Source: Octopus vulgaris (taxonomy: Eukaryota). Taken from it: DNA of 64,000 bases. The notes beneath the pieces were generated by a model. It was not told the origin of the DNA. It worked only from the letters and a program-made list of their open reading frames with translations, and made no database searches. Location: contig OX597832.1 in the NCBI GenBank assembly GCA_951406725.2, forward strand, positions 8,122,001 to 8,186,000. Direction: 5' to 3'. The position numbers and the translations under genes were made by a program. Of the stretch, positions 1-12,639 are shown piece after piece (positions within the stretch are counted from its first letter, which is position 1; each line of letters opens with the position of its first letter).

Positions 1-125
1 ATGAAATTTCAGTGAGGTCGCCTTTGCCTTTCAATATTTCGGGATCGATAAAATAGGTGCCGCTCGTGCACTGTAATCGATTTTATCGACTATCACCTCT
101 ACCAATGTTTCAGACATTGTGCCTA
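1..125 (+). mobile_element. tRNA-derived SINE (Meta-core-like), truncated by window start
   Basis: Core gaggtcgcctttgcctttca...gatcgataaaataggtgcc matches the abundant SINE seen at 9641 and 43151. Confidence 0.7.
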
Positions 126-657
126 TATTATAAAATATTATTATTAACTGTGACGGTAGTAGCAGCGGCCTTAGCAACAGCAGCAGCAGCAGCTGTAATG
201 CTAGTGTTATTAGTATTAGTCGTTGTGGTAGTACTGGTTGAAAGAATATAGCAACTAGTAGGAAGTATTACTATGTATTCGTATATATTTTAAGTTATTT
301 TCAATAACGTAGAAAGTTCACAAGTATATTTCCATGGCAACGAGCAATTGTAATTTCAGTGTGCAATGAAAAATTAATCACATTTAATTTATGAATATAT
401 GCATATGCATATGTTTATTATTAACATGTGTATTAGAATATTTTGTTCTATATGTTTAAATATGTATAGTCTATATATTTATATATATATCTGTGTGCGT
501 GCATGTGCGCTTGTGTGTGTGTGTGTGTGTGTTTGTGCGTGTGTGTGCGTGCGTGTGTGTATATATGCATGTGTTTGCGTGTGTGTTAATATATATATCA
601 ACAGAAGTATAATGTGATACTCGAGAGAAAGTGAGCGAGAATTGTAGAAACGTGTGT

Positions 658-712
<55 letters not shown>

Positions 713-717
713 CATAC

Positions 718-757
<40 letters not shown>

Positions 758-766
758 CATACATAT

Positions 767-834
<68 letters not shown>

Positions 835-851
835 ATTTGTATGTATGTATG

Positions 852-907
<56 letters not shown>

Positions 908-1384
908 ATAGGTGTTGTTTACTGCAGCATATCTTTCTTTCCCTCGCATCTCATTGCATTTGTGTTGATTAATTTTAATATTGTGAACCTAATTACTGAG
1001 ACGTTGAACTCTAATAGCGTACTCTCTGCTGACCAATTATGACTCATATTCTCTTTACACATGTCATGAGGGAATTACATGAAAAATTGGAGATTGAGTC
1101 ACTTTGCAACTCTTCTATTGAAATGCAAATAGGTACTACGAAATTATATACACACATGTTTACACACACACACACACACACACAAACACATATATTTATG
1201 TATGCATATAATATTCAAATCCACACGTGTGTCTATATATCTTATTTTCCTTATATTAGTATGCATATGTATGAGTGTATGAGTAAAATACAATTGGAAT
1301 GTATGTATAAATTCATCTATTCGCTGCCATTTTTATATATACAGATTATCTTTTGTCTTTATGCATATTTATACATACAATTAA

Positions 1385-1600
1385 TATAAATTGTGGTACA
1401 AGGTTCCTTAGTTTTGAAAGGAAAAATAAGTTAATGAAATCGACCGTAGTATGAGATAGGTACTTACGTTGTCGAATACAAATGAATGAAGCGCAAATTC
1501 GAGTTTGGTAGAATTCCAACTTTCTATGTAAAGAAGAACAAAATGCATCTAACCATTTTGTGCCGTGTGCTAACGATTCTACCACCTCTCCACCTTCAGC
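1385..1600 (-). mobile_element. Degenerate Meta-core SINE
   Basis: Reverse of head (gctaacgattctaccacc) and tail (ggtacaagg) motifs. Confidence 0.55.
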
Positions 1601-2089
1601 ATAGTTATACATATTATATCAGACACAACATCGAATGAAAGTCTGCACAATTCTTTTAGGTACTCTATCACATATACTCTCATATTGAAATGTCTGATAG
1701 TAACTTCGAATTTTCGCGCTCATATTTTTCAGGCTACAATATTATCTTCCGACCAGTATTACTCAACCAATGTGAAAAGTGAAAAACTGACAAAAATTGA
1801 AGAAACAAGAAAACAGCAGCGAAGCTGCACGATAATAGTATCGGACGTGGCTTGCAGACCATCATATAATCTTTTTGACATTGCGTTTTTAGGCTTCTGT
1901 TCCGTTTTATTTTGACATGCGCATTGCGATTTTATTCTCATCTTCCGTTTAAGAATTCAGTGTGCTCGTGTGTATTGTGTGTTCATATTTCTTTTCCGAT
2001 TCCTACTCAAAATTATTCCCAGTTCACAACCATTCAAGAACGTGCATTCGTGAGTAGCACTTGGCGCTCCGATGATTGTGAAGAGACAG

Positions 2090-2428
2090 TGGGCAGCTTA
2101 CAATTCACATGGTCGAGGAAAACACTGTACATCAAGTAGTTGCAAAGAGTCGACAACTGTCATCAGCAAGATCAAACACTGGAATTGGACCGGATACGTC
2201 CTCAGACAAGAACAATAGAGCGATTTTATGGTGAAACAGATGTGGTAGCGTGGGTGTAAAAAGAGAACCAGGGCATCCTAATGCCACATGACAAAGGAAA
2301 ATGGACAAGAAAAGGAGGCAGAAAGGGTAGGGAAGCTGGAATTAAATCAGAACAATGGCAGAGAACAGCTGGTAGGAGAGGTCGTATTGTGGATTTATGT
2401 GCCTCATGACATGGAGAGAACTAACTAA
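2090..2428 (+). pseudogene. RTE-clade LINE 3' end relic
   Basis: Broken frame IKHWNWTGYVLRQ ... DLCAS*HGEN resembles the RTE C-terminus (RWxWxGHVLR). Confidence 0.55.
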
Positions 2429-2998
2429 TATCTTATCTTTGAAGAATTTCGATATTTTACGGTTGTGGGTGCAATTTAGTTGATGTAATGAAGATATAGT
2501 TTGATGGTATATTTTTGTAGCTTAAAAGACATATATATGGAAGGATATTTTTGATTAGGTATGCAAAAATAAGGAGTTATTTATCAATAAAAGGGGATGA
2601 AGTGCGTAGAAGAATAAAAGGATGGAAGGAGAGAAATAAGAAATAAGAAAAAAGTCCATAAAGTGGTGGCGAAAAGGTACAGAGAAAAGTAAAACAACAT
2701 TCTGGTTTGTGACGTTTTATCTGCGCTGATATTCTGGCCACATAAATTTCCTAAATTTTCTTCCTCAATGAAGCCCAGTTGTAACACAATCAATGAATAC
2801 GAATAGGAAGGTTAGGGGCGGGGATACCGCAATGTAACACAGCTAAAAAACATCATTCAGGATGGATGGTGGTAGATTTAATCGGTTATATGCGTACATT
2901 TAGCTGACTCTAAGCGTAGATGGTTTAATGCAAGGGTAGTTGAACTTTTATTTAGGTTGTACATCTTTCTGTGAGATACATGTGTAAGCACACACACA

Positions 2999-3141
<143 letters not shown>

Positions 3142-3159
3142 GTAAACATTTGTATGTAT

Positions 3160-3345
3160 GTGTCTAGGTTTTTCCACCAGCCATTACTTCACAACCGATG
3201 CTGGTGTGTTTACGTCCGATAGAATAAGTACTAGGCTTACAAAGAATAAGACCTGGGGTCAATTTACGATTAAAAACGTTTTGTGGCGGTACTGCAGCAT
3301 GGCTGCCGTCAAATAACTTAAATAAGTAAGAGAATAGAAGAATGC
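3160..3345 (+). mobile_element. 3' half of microsatellite-containing SINE
   Basis: acaaccgatgctggtgtgtttacgtcc...gaataagtactaggcttacaaagaataag matches 21450-21660. Confidence 0.75.
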
Positions 3346-3673
3346 ATATGTATACATGTTCGGATGCCCTTTGTGGGTGAATGACTTCCCTGAGACACTC
3401 CATTTAAAATCAGGCCTTTTCCCAATATTCAAGGTGCACCAAATGACATCATTTCTTACCGAATAAAACTGGCAGGGAGCCTGGTTTGTTGCATAAACCT
3501 GACAATTAAACAGGTTGTACCGCGTTACATGTTACCAGGAATCTGTCTGTCGGTGTGTCTCTCATACTCGCCGTCCTTCTACAATATTTGTATCTGCCGT
3601 TCCAATCATGCTGCCATTCAGTATTAATACTGCATCCGTCGATTATATATATATATATATGTGAGTGTGTGTG

Positions 3674-3737
<64 letters not shown>

Positions 3738-3821
3738 TAATACAAACGGAAAACACAACAACGCGAGGATGTGGAACAAATATAATATTATTGAACGCTC
3801 AAGAAGGAAGGAAAGAAGGAG

Positions 3822-3858
3822 GGGTTAACGTTTCGAGCGGAGCTCTTCGTCAGGAACA
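3822..3858 (-). ncRNA. Minimal type I hammerhead motif in a (TA)n-embedded PLE-like element (3733-3940)
   Basis: Minus strand gttc CTGACGA a gagc tcc gctc GAAA CG TT aacc; core and stem II intact, palindromic ACGT stem III, stem I imperfect. Confidence 0.65.
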
Positions 3859-4392
3859 TAGGAAAAGGAAAGATCCAAAGAAGGGAAGACGGAGGAAAAA
3901 AATCGCCAACGGTACACACGCGGTCACATTTTGAATGGCTATATATATGTATGTGTGTGTATGTGTGTGCGTATTATATTAGAAGAACAATCAAAACCAA
4001 AGCACAACGAGTATCTCAAGTTATTTAGAATAATTTAATTAGTGTAAGGTGAGACACAGAGAGAGAGGGGGGAGAGGGAGAGGGGGAGAGGGAGAGGGAG
4101 AGAGGGAGAAGGAGAGAGAGAAAGAGGATTAGAAAATAAGATAGTGGCAAAAAGGAAAGATAAGAATAAAATAAAAACAAAAATAAAGAAAACATGAAGA
4201 ATAATAAAATAAAAGAAAAAGTAATAACAGATATATCCTAAATGGGCTTTGTGAGTGAATGTGTATTGGAGAGAGGAGAAAGGGAATAAAAATAAAATAA
4301 TATAGTGGTAATTGGGTAAAGATCAATAAGATAAAAATGAATAAATAAAAGTAAAGGTAACGATATTGATATGTCAGTATTGTATAGGGTTA

Positions 4393-4610
4393 AAAGCGAC
4401 GAGCTGGCAGAATCGGTAGCACGCCGCCGAAATGCTTAACACTATTTCGTCTGTCTCTATGTTCTGAGTTCAAATTCCACCGAGGTCGACGTCGCTTTTC
4501 ATTCTTTCGGGGTCGATAAATTAAGTGCCAGTTGCGTACTAGGGTCGATCTAATCGACTGACCCCCCTCCCACAAAATTTCGAGCCTTGTGTCTAGAGTA
4601 GAAAAGAGTA
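4393..4610 (+). mobile_element. Meta-core SINE, tail type B
   Basis: gcgacgagctggcagaatcg head, gagttcaaattcc B-box, core ctttcggggtcgataaattaagt. Confidence 0.85.
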
Positions 4611-5139
4611 TTGTACAGGGTTAGAAGTCAAACGTTAGCTTCAGTAGAGTTGGAGTGGAATTTTATAAGGAATTTTAGTGCAGATAACTAAAATTGTATT
4701 TGAAGCTTTATAGTCATTAAATGACAAGAGATAAAGGATTAAGAATTAAACCTAATATTCAACTATCCTTTTTACCACTATCTTATTTTTTAATCCTTTC
4801 CTCTACCTCTACCTCTCTTTCTCTGTTTCTCTCTCTCTCTCTGTCTCTTTTATACACCCACTCAGAAATCACGTTTATTTCCATCATACTTTCTCGCTCT
4901 ATATACACATTTAGAATATGAATACACTTCCAAAAATAGTGTCTGGATCTACCAGGGGTTTTAACTAAAAGCCTGTACCTTCATGGAAGTACGAACCAAC
5001 ATCTATATCCTCTGGCAAAAGATGAGTTGTGAACATTATTCTGCTGCCTATATCCTTCTAACTACATTTACTCTTTATACTTCTATTTTATTCTTTATAA
5101 ACTGTAAATTATCATCCCTGTCTAAAATATTCATACCTT

Positions 5140-5215
5140 GTCTCTAATGACGGAATACCCACTGCACAGACATGCTAACCAACAATTTGGATTATCCCAG
5201 AGACATCGGTAAGAC
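5140..5215 (+). ncRNA. Degenerate hammerhead with long stem II in a PLE-like 3' end (~4925-5300)
   Basis: gtct CTAATGA cggaata...tatccca GAGAC atcg GTA agac; stem I gtct/agac; two core mutations; homologous to 54463-54538. Confidence 0.5.
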
Positions 5216-5440
5216 TTCAACTTCACCGCACCCTAATTAAATTATTTTAAATCACTTGAGGTATTCAATGTGCTTTGGTTTTGATTTTTTCTCTAATATA
5301 TATACATGCTACAACGGAACCCTAACACGGATTCCTAGATCCAGGCTTGTCTGGGGAGAGTCATTTTCTTTTTGTGCTTTATTATGTAACACACTCACCT
5401 GTAAAATTACCACGTTTTTCTTATTTCAAATCCTAAAACG

Positions 5441-5486
<46 letters not shown>

Positions 5487-5648
5487 GTAGGCACAGTAGT
5501 TGGTGTGTTGTAAGAAACCTCCTTCGCAGCGACATCTTTCCTGGTTAAGTCCCACCGCCTGGCATCTTGGGCAAGTGTCTTCTATTATAGCCTCGTGCCA
5601 ACCAAAGCCTTGTGAGTGGATTTGTTAGATAGAAACTGAAAGAAGCCT

Positions 5649-5697
<49 letters not shown>

Positions 5698-5802
5698 TGT
5701 ATGTATGTATATGTATATGTATATGTGAGTGTGTGCGTGTGTGTGTGTGTGTGTCGTCACCATCAATTGACAACCGATGTTAGTGTGCTTACGTCCCCGT
5801 AA
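5487..5802 (+). mobile_element. Microsatellite-containing tRNA SINE
   Basis: gggcaagtgtcttctattatagcctcg...aaactgaaagaagcc, internal (TA)n/(TG)n, then gacaaccgatg. Confidence 0.8.
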
Positions 5803-7219
5803 ATGGATATCACTTGGAAATGTTCATTTGTTTGCCTATGTAATGCAATAAACTCTGCTGAGTTATTCTAATGTTTCATTCTATTCTAAATTTTGTAAAT
5901 TGCAAATATAGTTTATGGACTTCCTGCAGAATAATATTATAAATAGGCAAACAGCTGATATTCAGTCACATTATAGCATTTATATAATAATATGCTGATA
6001 CAATTGGGGGTAGAAGGTTATGTTTCAAGAGTTAAGGCAGGTCATTATAGGTGAAATCCAAAGCTGGATGAGATAAAGGAAGAAGTAGACCCCTACAGCT
6101 GAAAATGCAATACATTTCTACGAGAATGCTTGCGTAAGACTTCTTCCAGAAAGAGCACCACTTGTGCATATATTCTTGAAGTAACAATAAGGTACTACCT
6201 GAAGATTTTCTCTCCTCTCCAGATCCAGCTTTGGATTTTACCAACAATGATCACACCTAACCTACTACCTAATATCAATAATAAGAACTTTCCTTACCAC
6301 AGCTCCTGGAGAATACAAGTGCATATCAGAACCCTTATGAACATTTCTAAGTCGATTATTTATTCCTTTATTGTGATCTACACTCCTGAAGTGTTCCTTT
6401 CTATCCTCTAATTATATAAGTATATATATATATATATATATAAATGTTATAATCTCATACCAAAAAATACTAATTGTTTGCCTATCTGTACCCTCACCGT
6501 GTTACACACAAAAAACACTCACACACGTGGGTGAGCACACACACACGCATGCACATTCACATGGATAATCGAACAAACATTCACATTGACACACACACAC
6601 ACACACACACACATGCACACACACTTGATTTACCAACAGAAGATACATTTCAGAGTTTTACATTAATATAGTGTATTCTTAAATATATTATAACAGAAAG
6701 ACTCGTAATTGTCAGAACTCTGAGTTTCACGTTTTCGTTTGTTTGATTATTAAACGGTCAGGAATAACCAACTGTAAGGACAGAAACGTTAAACTTGCAG
6801 CATTGACAAATCTGAACATTTTTTTACATGCACATACAATTCACATAATACATTTACACGTCTAAACAGCTACATACACATAAGATATACCAGCTGATTC
6901 TAAGAAACAAAAACATTATTACTAATTACATAGCTTTATTACATGGCCTATATGTTCTGACTTAGAAGTTTTATGAATTGTCGATCAATCATGCGGGCAT
7001 ATGAATCCATATCGGATATGCCACTGTGTCTAAAATGTTGTTGCAACATGTCCAAGATGGTGTTGGTTAATTCAAAACATGTGTGTCCTGCATAAAATGA
7101 AATAAATTACTGAAAGAAGTATTTGTGTTAAAGGCAGTCAATTATTACTGCGTAGTTTTGCGTATTTCCAAAGATTTGTTTGTAGTCCACGTGGATTAAT
7201 TGATACATAATGCCGTAAA

Positions 7220-7550
7220 AACACGAGTAAGCTAAAGCATGCCGATATAGCTAGAGCGACGCAACGAGCGAGAGCCGATCTAGGATCACCCAATTTCAAG
7301 CCATTTTGCATGAGCTGTGTAAAAGCTGGTACTCGAAGTGAGAAAGGAATGAAGAGAAATGCGAATTGTACATTTGGTGCAATGTAGCCAACAGGGACAG
7401 TCCCTGAGATGGGAGGAATACGTGGTCAGTCTCAGAATCATATGGAAGGAACAATGGGCTTAGGAACAATGGGCTTGGGAACAAGCAAGAACATCCTTCA
7501 CCAGCCAAATTAGTCCGGTGGAGCATAAACGACTGATGAATGTAAAGCGG
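7220..7550 (+). pseudogene. Hero-like (RLE-type) non-LTR retrotransposon ORF fragment
   Basis: Broken frame RIVHLVQCSQQGQSLRWEEYVV...IWKEQWA*EQ..ARTSF and PSPAKLVRWSI resemble the Hero region before the C-terminal Zn knuckle. Confidence 0.6.
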
Positions 7551-7906
7551 AGATCGACTTTGTTTTTCATCCTTTTGGAGCCGGTAATATAGGAACACTA
7601 GGGTTTTTGCAATTAACTACCTGCTTCTTCCGACATTTCAGCCATTGTGCCTATAGCAGAAAAGATTATATGATATATGATTTAGTAAAGCCGACAGGAG
7701 ACGTCGATGTTTCCTAGGGTTAAATGGCGGCAGTATAATCCCCTTACGGGACTGTCACATTGAGTTGACAGTATACGACCACTATAATATAATCTTTTCT
7801 GCTATAGGCACAAAGGCTGAAACGTCGGAAGAAGCAGGTAGTTAATTGCAAAAACCCTAGTGTTCCTATGTTACCGGCTCCAAAAGGATGAAAAACAAAG
7901 TCGATC
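7551..7906. repeat. Inverted repeat, ~118 bp arms (7551-7670 and 7788-7906) around a ~115 bp spacer
   Basis: gatcgactttg...agcagaaaagattat is the reverse complement of ataatcttttctgct...caaagtcgatc with few mismatches. Confidence 0.9.
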
Positions 7907-8253
7907 TTAGCGGGATTTGAACTTCAAACATAAAGCCGAAAGAAATGCGGCGAGGAATTTTTCAGGCGAGCTAACGATGCGGCCTTATGATAACGTCAGA
8001 TAACGGCGCTGATAGATATATTAGTGTTGGTTGTAGCCATAGTCTCAGTGACTACATTAGCTTCCCTTGATATAGTGACAGTAGCTACATTAGTGTGGAT
8101 GGTACCTTTAAGAGTCATACAAACTATATTTATGTTTAAAGTACGTACATTATTGTATGTATCGGTAGTAAGTAATAATATTAATATAAGGAGTTTGTTA
8201 CAACATTCGTAGCTGAAACAGTGAGGTTGGTAGTAATAATCATAACGTTTATA

Positions 8254-8655
8254 AGGCTGCAAGCTGGCAGACACGTAGCATGCTGGGCGAAATGCTTAGA
8301 GAAATGCTTAGCAGTATTTCCTCTGCCGTTACGTTCTTAGTTCAAATTCCGCCGAGGTCGTCTTTGCCTTTCATCCATTCGGGTTCGATGAATTAGGTAC
8401 CAGTTACGCACTGGGGTCGATGCAATCGACTTAATACCTATGTCTGTCCTTGTTTGTCCCCTCTATGTTTAACCCCTTGTGGGTAATAAAGAAATAGGTA
8501 TTTCGTTCTGAGTTCAAATACCGCCGAGGTCGATTTCGCTTTTCATCCATTTGGGGGTCGATAAATTAAGTACCAGTTGCATGCTGGGGTCGATCTAATC
8601 AACTGCTCCCCTCCCCCAAAATTTCAGGCCTTGTGCCTAGAGTAGTAAAGAATTA
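8254..8655 (+). mobile_element. Composite (two-core) Meta-core SINE
   Basis: Head+core+tail A, then core+tail B resuming at ggtatttcg (8497). Confidence 0.85.
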
Positions 8656-9640
8656 TAACATTATTAGTAATAGTAGTTTGTTGTGGATATTACAATCGAG
8701 TAGGTGAATATGTGTTAGAACTAGTTACAATACTCATAGCATTTACCTCGGCTTTGTGCGTTGTTATAACAGTGATGCAACCAATTACTAAATAAATGTA
8801 GAAGATATATTTAAAATATAGTTTTGGACTAGATTATGAATATTTACTAACCTTATGCACAAACAAGGCATCGATCTCTCACACATATAGAAAGCAAAAT
8901 TAAAGGAATTTCTGACACTAATTGTTGTTAAGAGCGAACGTTGTTACGGTATCATTAATTATAGATACAACAAAGTAATTATATCGATGTTGGAAGTTGT
9001 TTTGCATACATTAGTAGTAATCCCTAAATTGGCATAAGAATCATATCGATATTTCTTGGTGATTAGGGTACTAACCTTAGTATGTTAACTTCATCGGTTT
9101 TTGGGTATAGTTACCTACATTGATATTTATGTAATTATGACGGCCATAATAGTATCATTGGCAGTGATAAAAGTGGTAGTGATAAAAGGCGCGGTTGTTA
9201 CATTGGTGAATGAACACTCCAGTTATAACTTATACAGTAGCTATATTTGTGTGGATGAATGTTATAGCAGTTATAATAAACACATTAGTATATCATAGAC
9301 ACATTAGTGGTTGCTATAACACCTTAGGTAATTTGGTGTTGGTAGCAATGACATCACTAACAGTAGACTGTAATCATAACAACTATATTATGACTACTAT
9401 AATATGGATGATATTTACAATAGTTACGACAGTAATATTAGTGTCTGTGGTAGTAATAACACTCAAATCATTTTTTAGAATGCCATTTCTACTGGCTGCC
9501 ACAGCCCTTGCTGTAGTACGATTGCTGTCGGTTGTTCAGATACATGTCATAGAAGCCACGTTGTTTATATAGCAACAAGTGTTCCGTGTAGTTATATTGG
9601 TTTTTGTGCGTATATTGTAGTTGGCGGCATAACTTATAAC

Positions 9641-10051
9641 AAGGGCAGCGAGCTGGCAGAATCGTTGGCGCGCCGGGCGAAATGCGTAGCCGTATTTCGC
9701 CTGCTGTTACGTTCTGAGTTCAAATTCCGCCGAGGTCGACTTTCATCCTTTCCGGGTCGATAAATTAAGTACCAGTTACGCACTGGAGTCGATGTAATCG
9801 ATTTAATCCGTTTGACTTCCTTGTGTGTACCCGCTGCGTTTAGCCCCTTGTGGGTAGTAAAGAAATAGGTATATCGTCTGCCGCTACGTTCTGAGTTCAA
9901 ATACCGCCGGGGTCGACTTTGCCTTTCATCCTTTCGGGTTCGATTAAATAAGTAGCAGTTACGCACTGGGGTCGATATAACCGACTTAATCCGTTTGTCT
10001 GTCCTTGTTTGTCCTCTCTGTGTTTAGCCCCTTATGGGTAGTAAATAAATA
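9641..10051 (+). mobile_element. Composite Meta-core SINE with 11 bp TSD
   Basis: Two core+tail A units; ggcataactta (9626) and ggtataactta (10052) flank it. Confidence 0.85.
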
Positions 10052-10184
10052 GGTATAACTTACACCAACAATAGCTGCGATCTTGGTGTCATTAATTCTT
10101 TAAAACAGTCTAAGTACACTACGTTTGGTTATACTTATCAGAGAATTGCAGATTGTTCACACTATAATTATTAAAGTAGTGTTA

Positions 10185-10405
10185 AAGGTAGCAAGCTAGT
10201 AGGATCTTTATTGCGACGGAGTAAATGTTTAGCGCTATTTCCTTCGGATTTATTTATATTCTGGGTTCCAATTCCACCGAGATAGACTTAGCCTTTCATT
10301 CTTTCGATCGATAAAGTAAGTACCCGTTGGGTTGTGAAGTTGATGAAATAGACTACTCACCCTCATGCAAAATTCCAGGTCTTGAGCCTACAGTGGAAAT
10401 AATTA
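10185..10405 (+). mobile_element. Old Meta-core SINE
   Basis: Degenerate head, core and tail B. Confidence 0.65.
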
Positions 10406-10463
10406 TTATAGTGCTGGTAGCGTCATTGGGGTTGCGTGTAGCTTAACCCTATGGTAATTATAA

Positions 10464-10697
10464 CAAGGCGGCGAGCTGGCAGAAACGTTAGCACGCCGGG
10501 CGAAATTCTTAGCGGTATTTCGTCTGCCGCTACGTTCTGAGTTCAAATTCCGCCGAGGTCGACTTTGCCTTTCATCCTTTCGTGGTCGATTAAATAAGTA
10601 CTAGTTACGCACTGGGGTCGATATAATCGATTTAATCCCTTTGTCTGTCCTTGTTTTTCCTCTCTGTGTTTATCCCCTTGTGGGTAGTAAAGAAATA
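10464..10697 (+). mobile_element. Young Meta-core SINE, tail A, 11 bp TSD
   Basis: ggtaattataa at 10453-10463 and 10698-10708. Confidence 0.9.
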
Positions 10698-11283
10698 GGT
10701 AATTATAATAATGTTGATTTTCATTATAACAAAGCTTAGGAATCCAAAAACATAGAATTAATGACAAAAATATAAATTTATAAAAAAACTCCAAAAATGG
10801 AAAAAAGAAAGGGAAACGTAATTTTACATCAATGCATTAATAAAGAGATATATTGTATCGAGGTGGAGTCATCCAAGTGATAAGATGACCAGCCAAATCT
10901 CACCAAATCTCACCATATCTCATTGCAATAAAATCTGAATGTCTTAAATGAGGAATATAGCAGAAAATGTAGTTCTTGATATATAAAACGTAATAAAATC
11001 TTTCGGAACATATTTTGATTATACGTCTCCTCGATAAACAGATGAGGGACTTAATGAGATCGAGAACACCAGTAGCAACAGCAAGTCTTCATGTATGCAT
11101 TAGGTAAAAATACATTTTTTTTAGCTTATTTGTATAATTTTAAACTTCTAGTTTGAAAATAAGGCTAATTATACATAATCACACTCAACTAATTTGGTGG
11201 AAATAATCTCGAAAATATAATTAAAATTGTTAACCGGTAGAAATAAAACACAGGCAAAACATTAAAAAAAAATCCGAATTAAT

Positions 11284-11364
<81 letters not shown>

Positions 11365-11679
11365 GTTGTTGTTGTTGTTGTTGTTGTTGTTATTGTTGTT
11401 GCTATATAAGTGGTTGTTCTAATCAAAAGAGAGTTGTAAGCTGAACTACTGTATAATGTGTATGTTTAATAGACACATAGTCGATGTTAGTGCAGGTTGT
11501 ACTTAGAAGAAAGATAATAGCTCTCTAAAGTTGGCTGTAGTTGTAACGAAGTAACTACCTTAGTGATATTATACTAGGCGGCTGTTTTTTCAACAGTTAT
11601 ATAGCTACATTGATATAAATAGTATTTTTATAACTGATATAGTAGCGGTAATAATGCCTGTTGCAGTACTAAAGTTACA

Positions 11680-12335
11680 GCAGGTAGCCAAGTGACAGAA
11701 TCAAATATTAGTCGGACAAATTGATTAGCGGCACTTCGTTCGGCACTTTATGTCCCAAGCTCATATCCGACCGAAGTCATCATTGCCTTTCATCCTTTCG
11801 GAAGCATGGAGCCGATGTAATCGACTAAAACTCCAGCTCTGAAAAATGCTGGCCTTGTATCAACATTAGATAGCATTATTACTGCTATAGTAAAGGCGGC
11901 TAGCTGGCCGGATCGTTAGCGGCTATCTGGCCGGATCGAAATGCTTAGCTGTATTTCGGTCGTCGCTCCGTTCTGAGTTCAAATTCAGCCGAAATCGACT
12001 TTGCTTTTCATCCTTTCAGGATGGATAGATTAAGTGAAATACTGGGATTGATATAATCGACTAGTACCCCCACCCAAATTTCAGGCCTTGTGCATTTAGT
12101 AGAAAGGGTTATTACAGTTACGCTAGCTATATTATTGTTGGTTATAGTGATAATAGTACTGGTACCGAGATTAATAATCCTTTCTGCTATAAGCACAAGA
12201 CCCCAGTGTTTCACTGGTACTTAATTTTTCGACCCCGAAAGAATGAAAGGCAAAGTCGACCTCAAGGGAATTTGAACTCAGAACATAGTGACGGGCGAAA
12301 TACCAATAAGCATTTTGTCAAGCTCACCGACCTTA
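11680..12335. mobile_element. Three Meta-core SINEs (11680-11875 +, 11892-12110 +, 12176-12335 -)
   Basis: Repeated head/core motifs on both strands. Confidence 0.75.
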
Positions 12336-12639
12336 GCGAGATTAATAACACTGTATAACAATGAAAAATAAAACGGTAATGGAAATAACCTTTTCTTGGG
12401 GTATTTTGTGTGTAGATCACGAATATAACATCCGTTTCTTTCTGTGGGTTATATTAAATATACTGAAGGTTCCGTAGGATTTGAATGCAAACAGGATTGG
12501 GCTGAAACTGACAAATCTAAAAGTTATGAACGGATTTTGATATAATTTTAATTTGGTATTCCGAATATACTTGTCAACATCACCTATTAAATTATAGAAG
12601 TACACTCATTTTTAGTTATATGGGTCCAAATCCGTGGTA

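Noticed and set aside
6695-6772. Hammerhead-like GAAActc...gagTC on minus strand
   Set aside because: No intact CTGANGA and no stem I
8000-12200. Hydrophobic ORFs resembling membrane proteins
   Set aside because: Decayed GTA/ATA repeat background between SINEs
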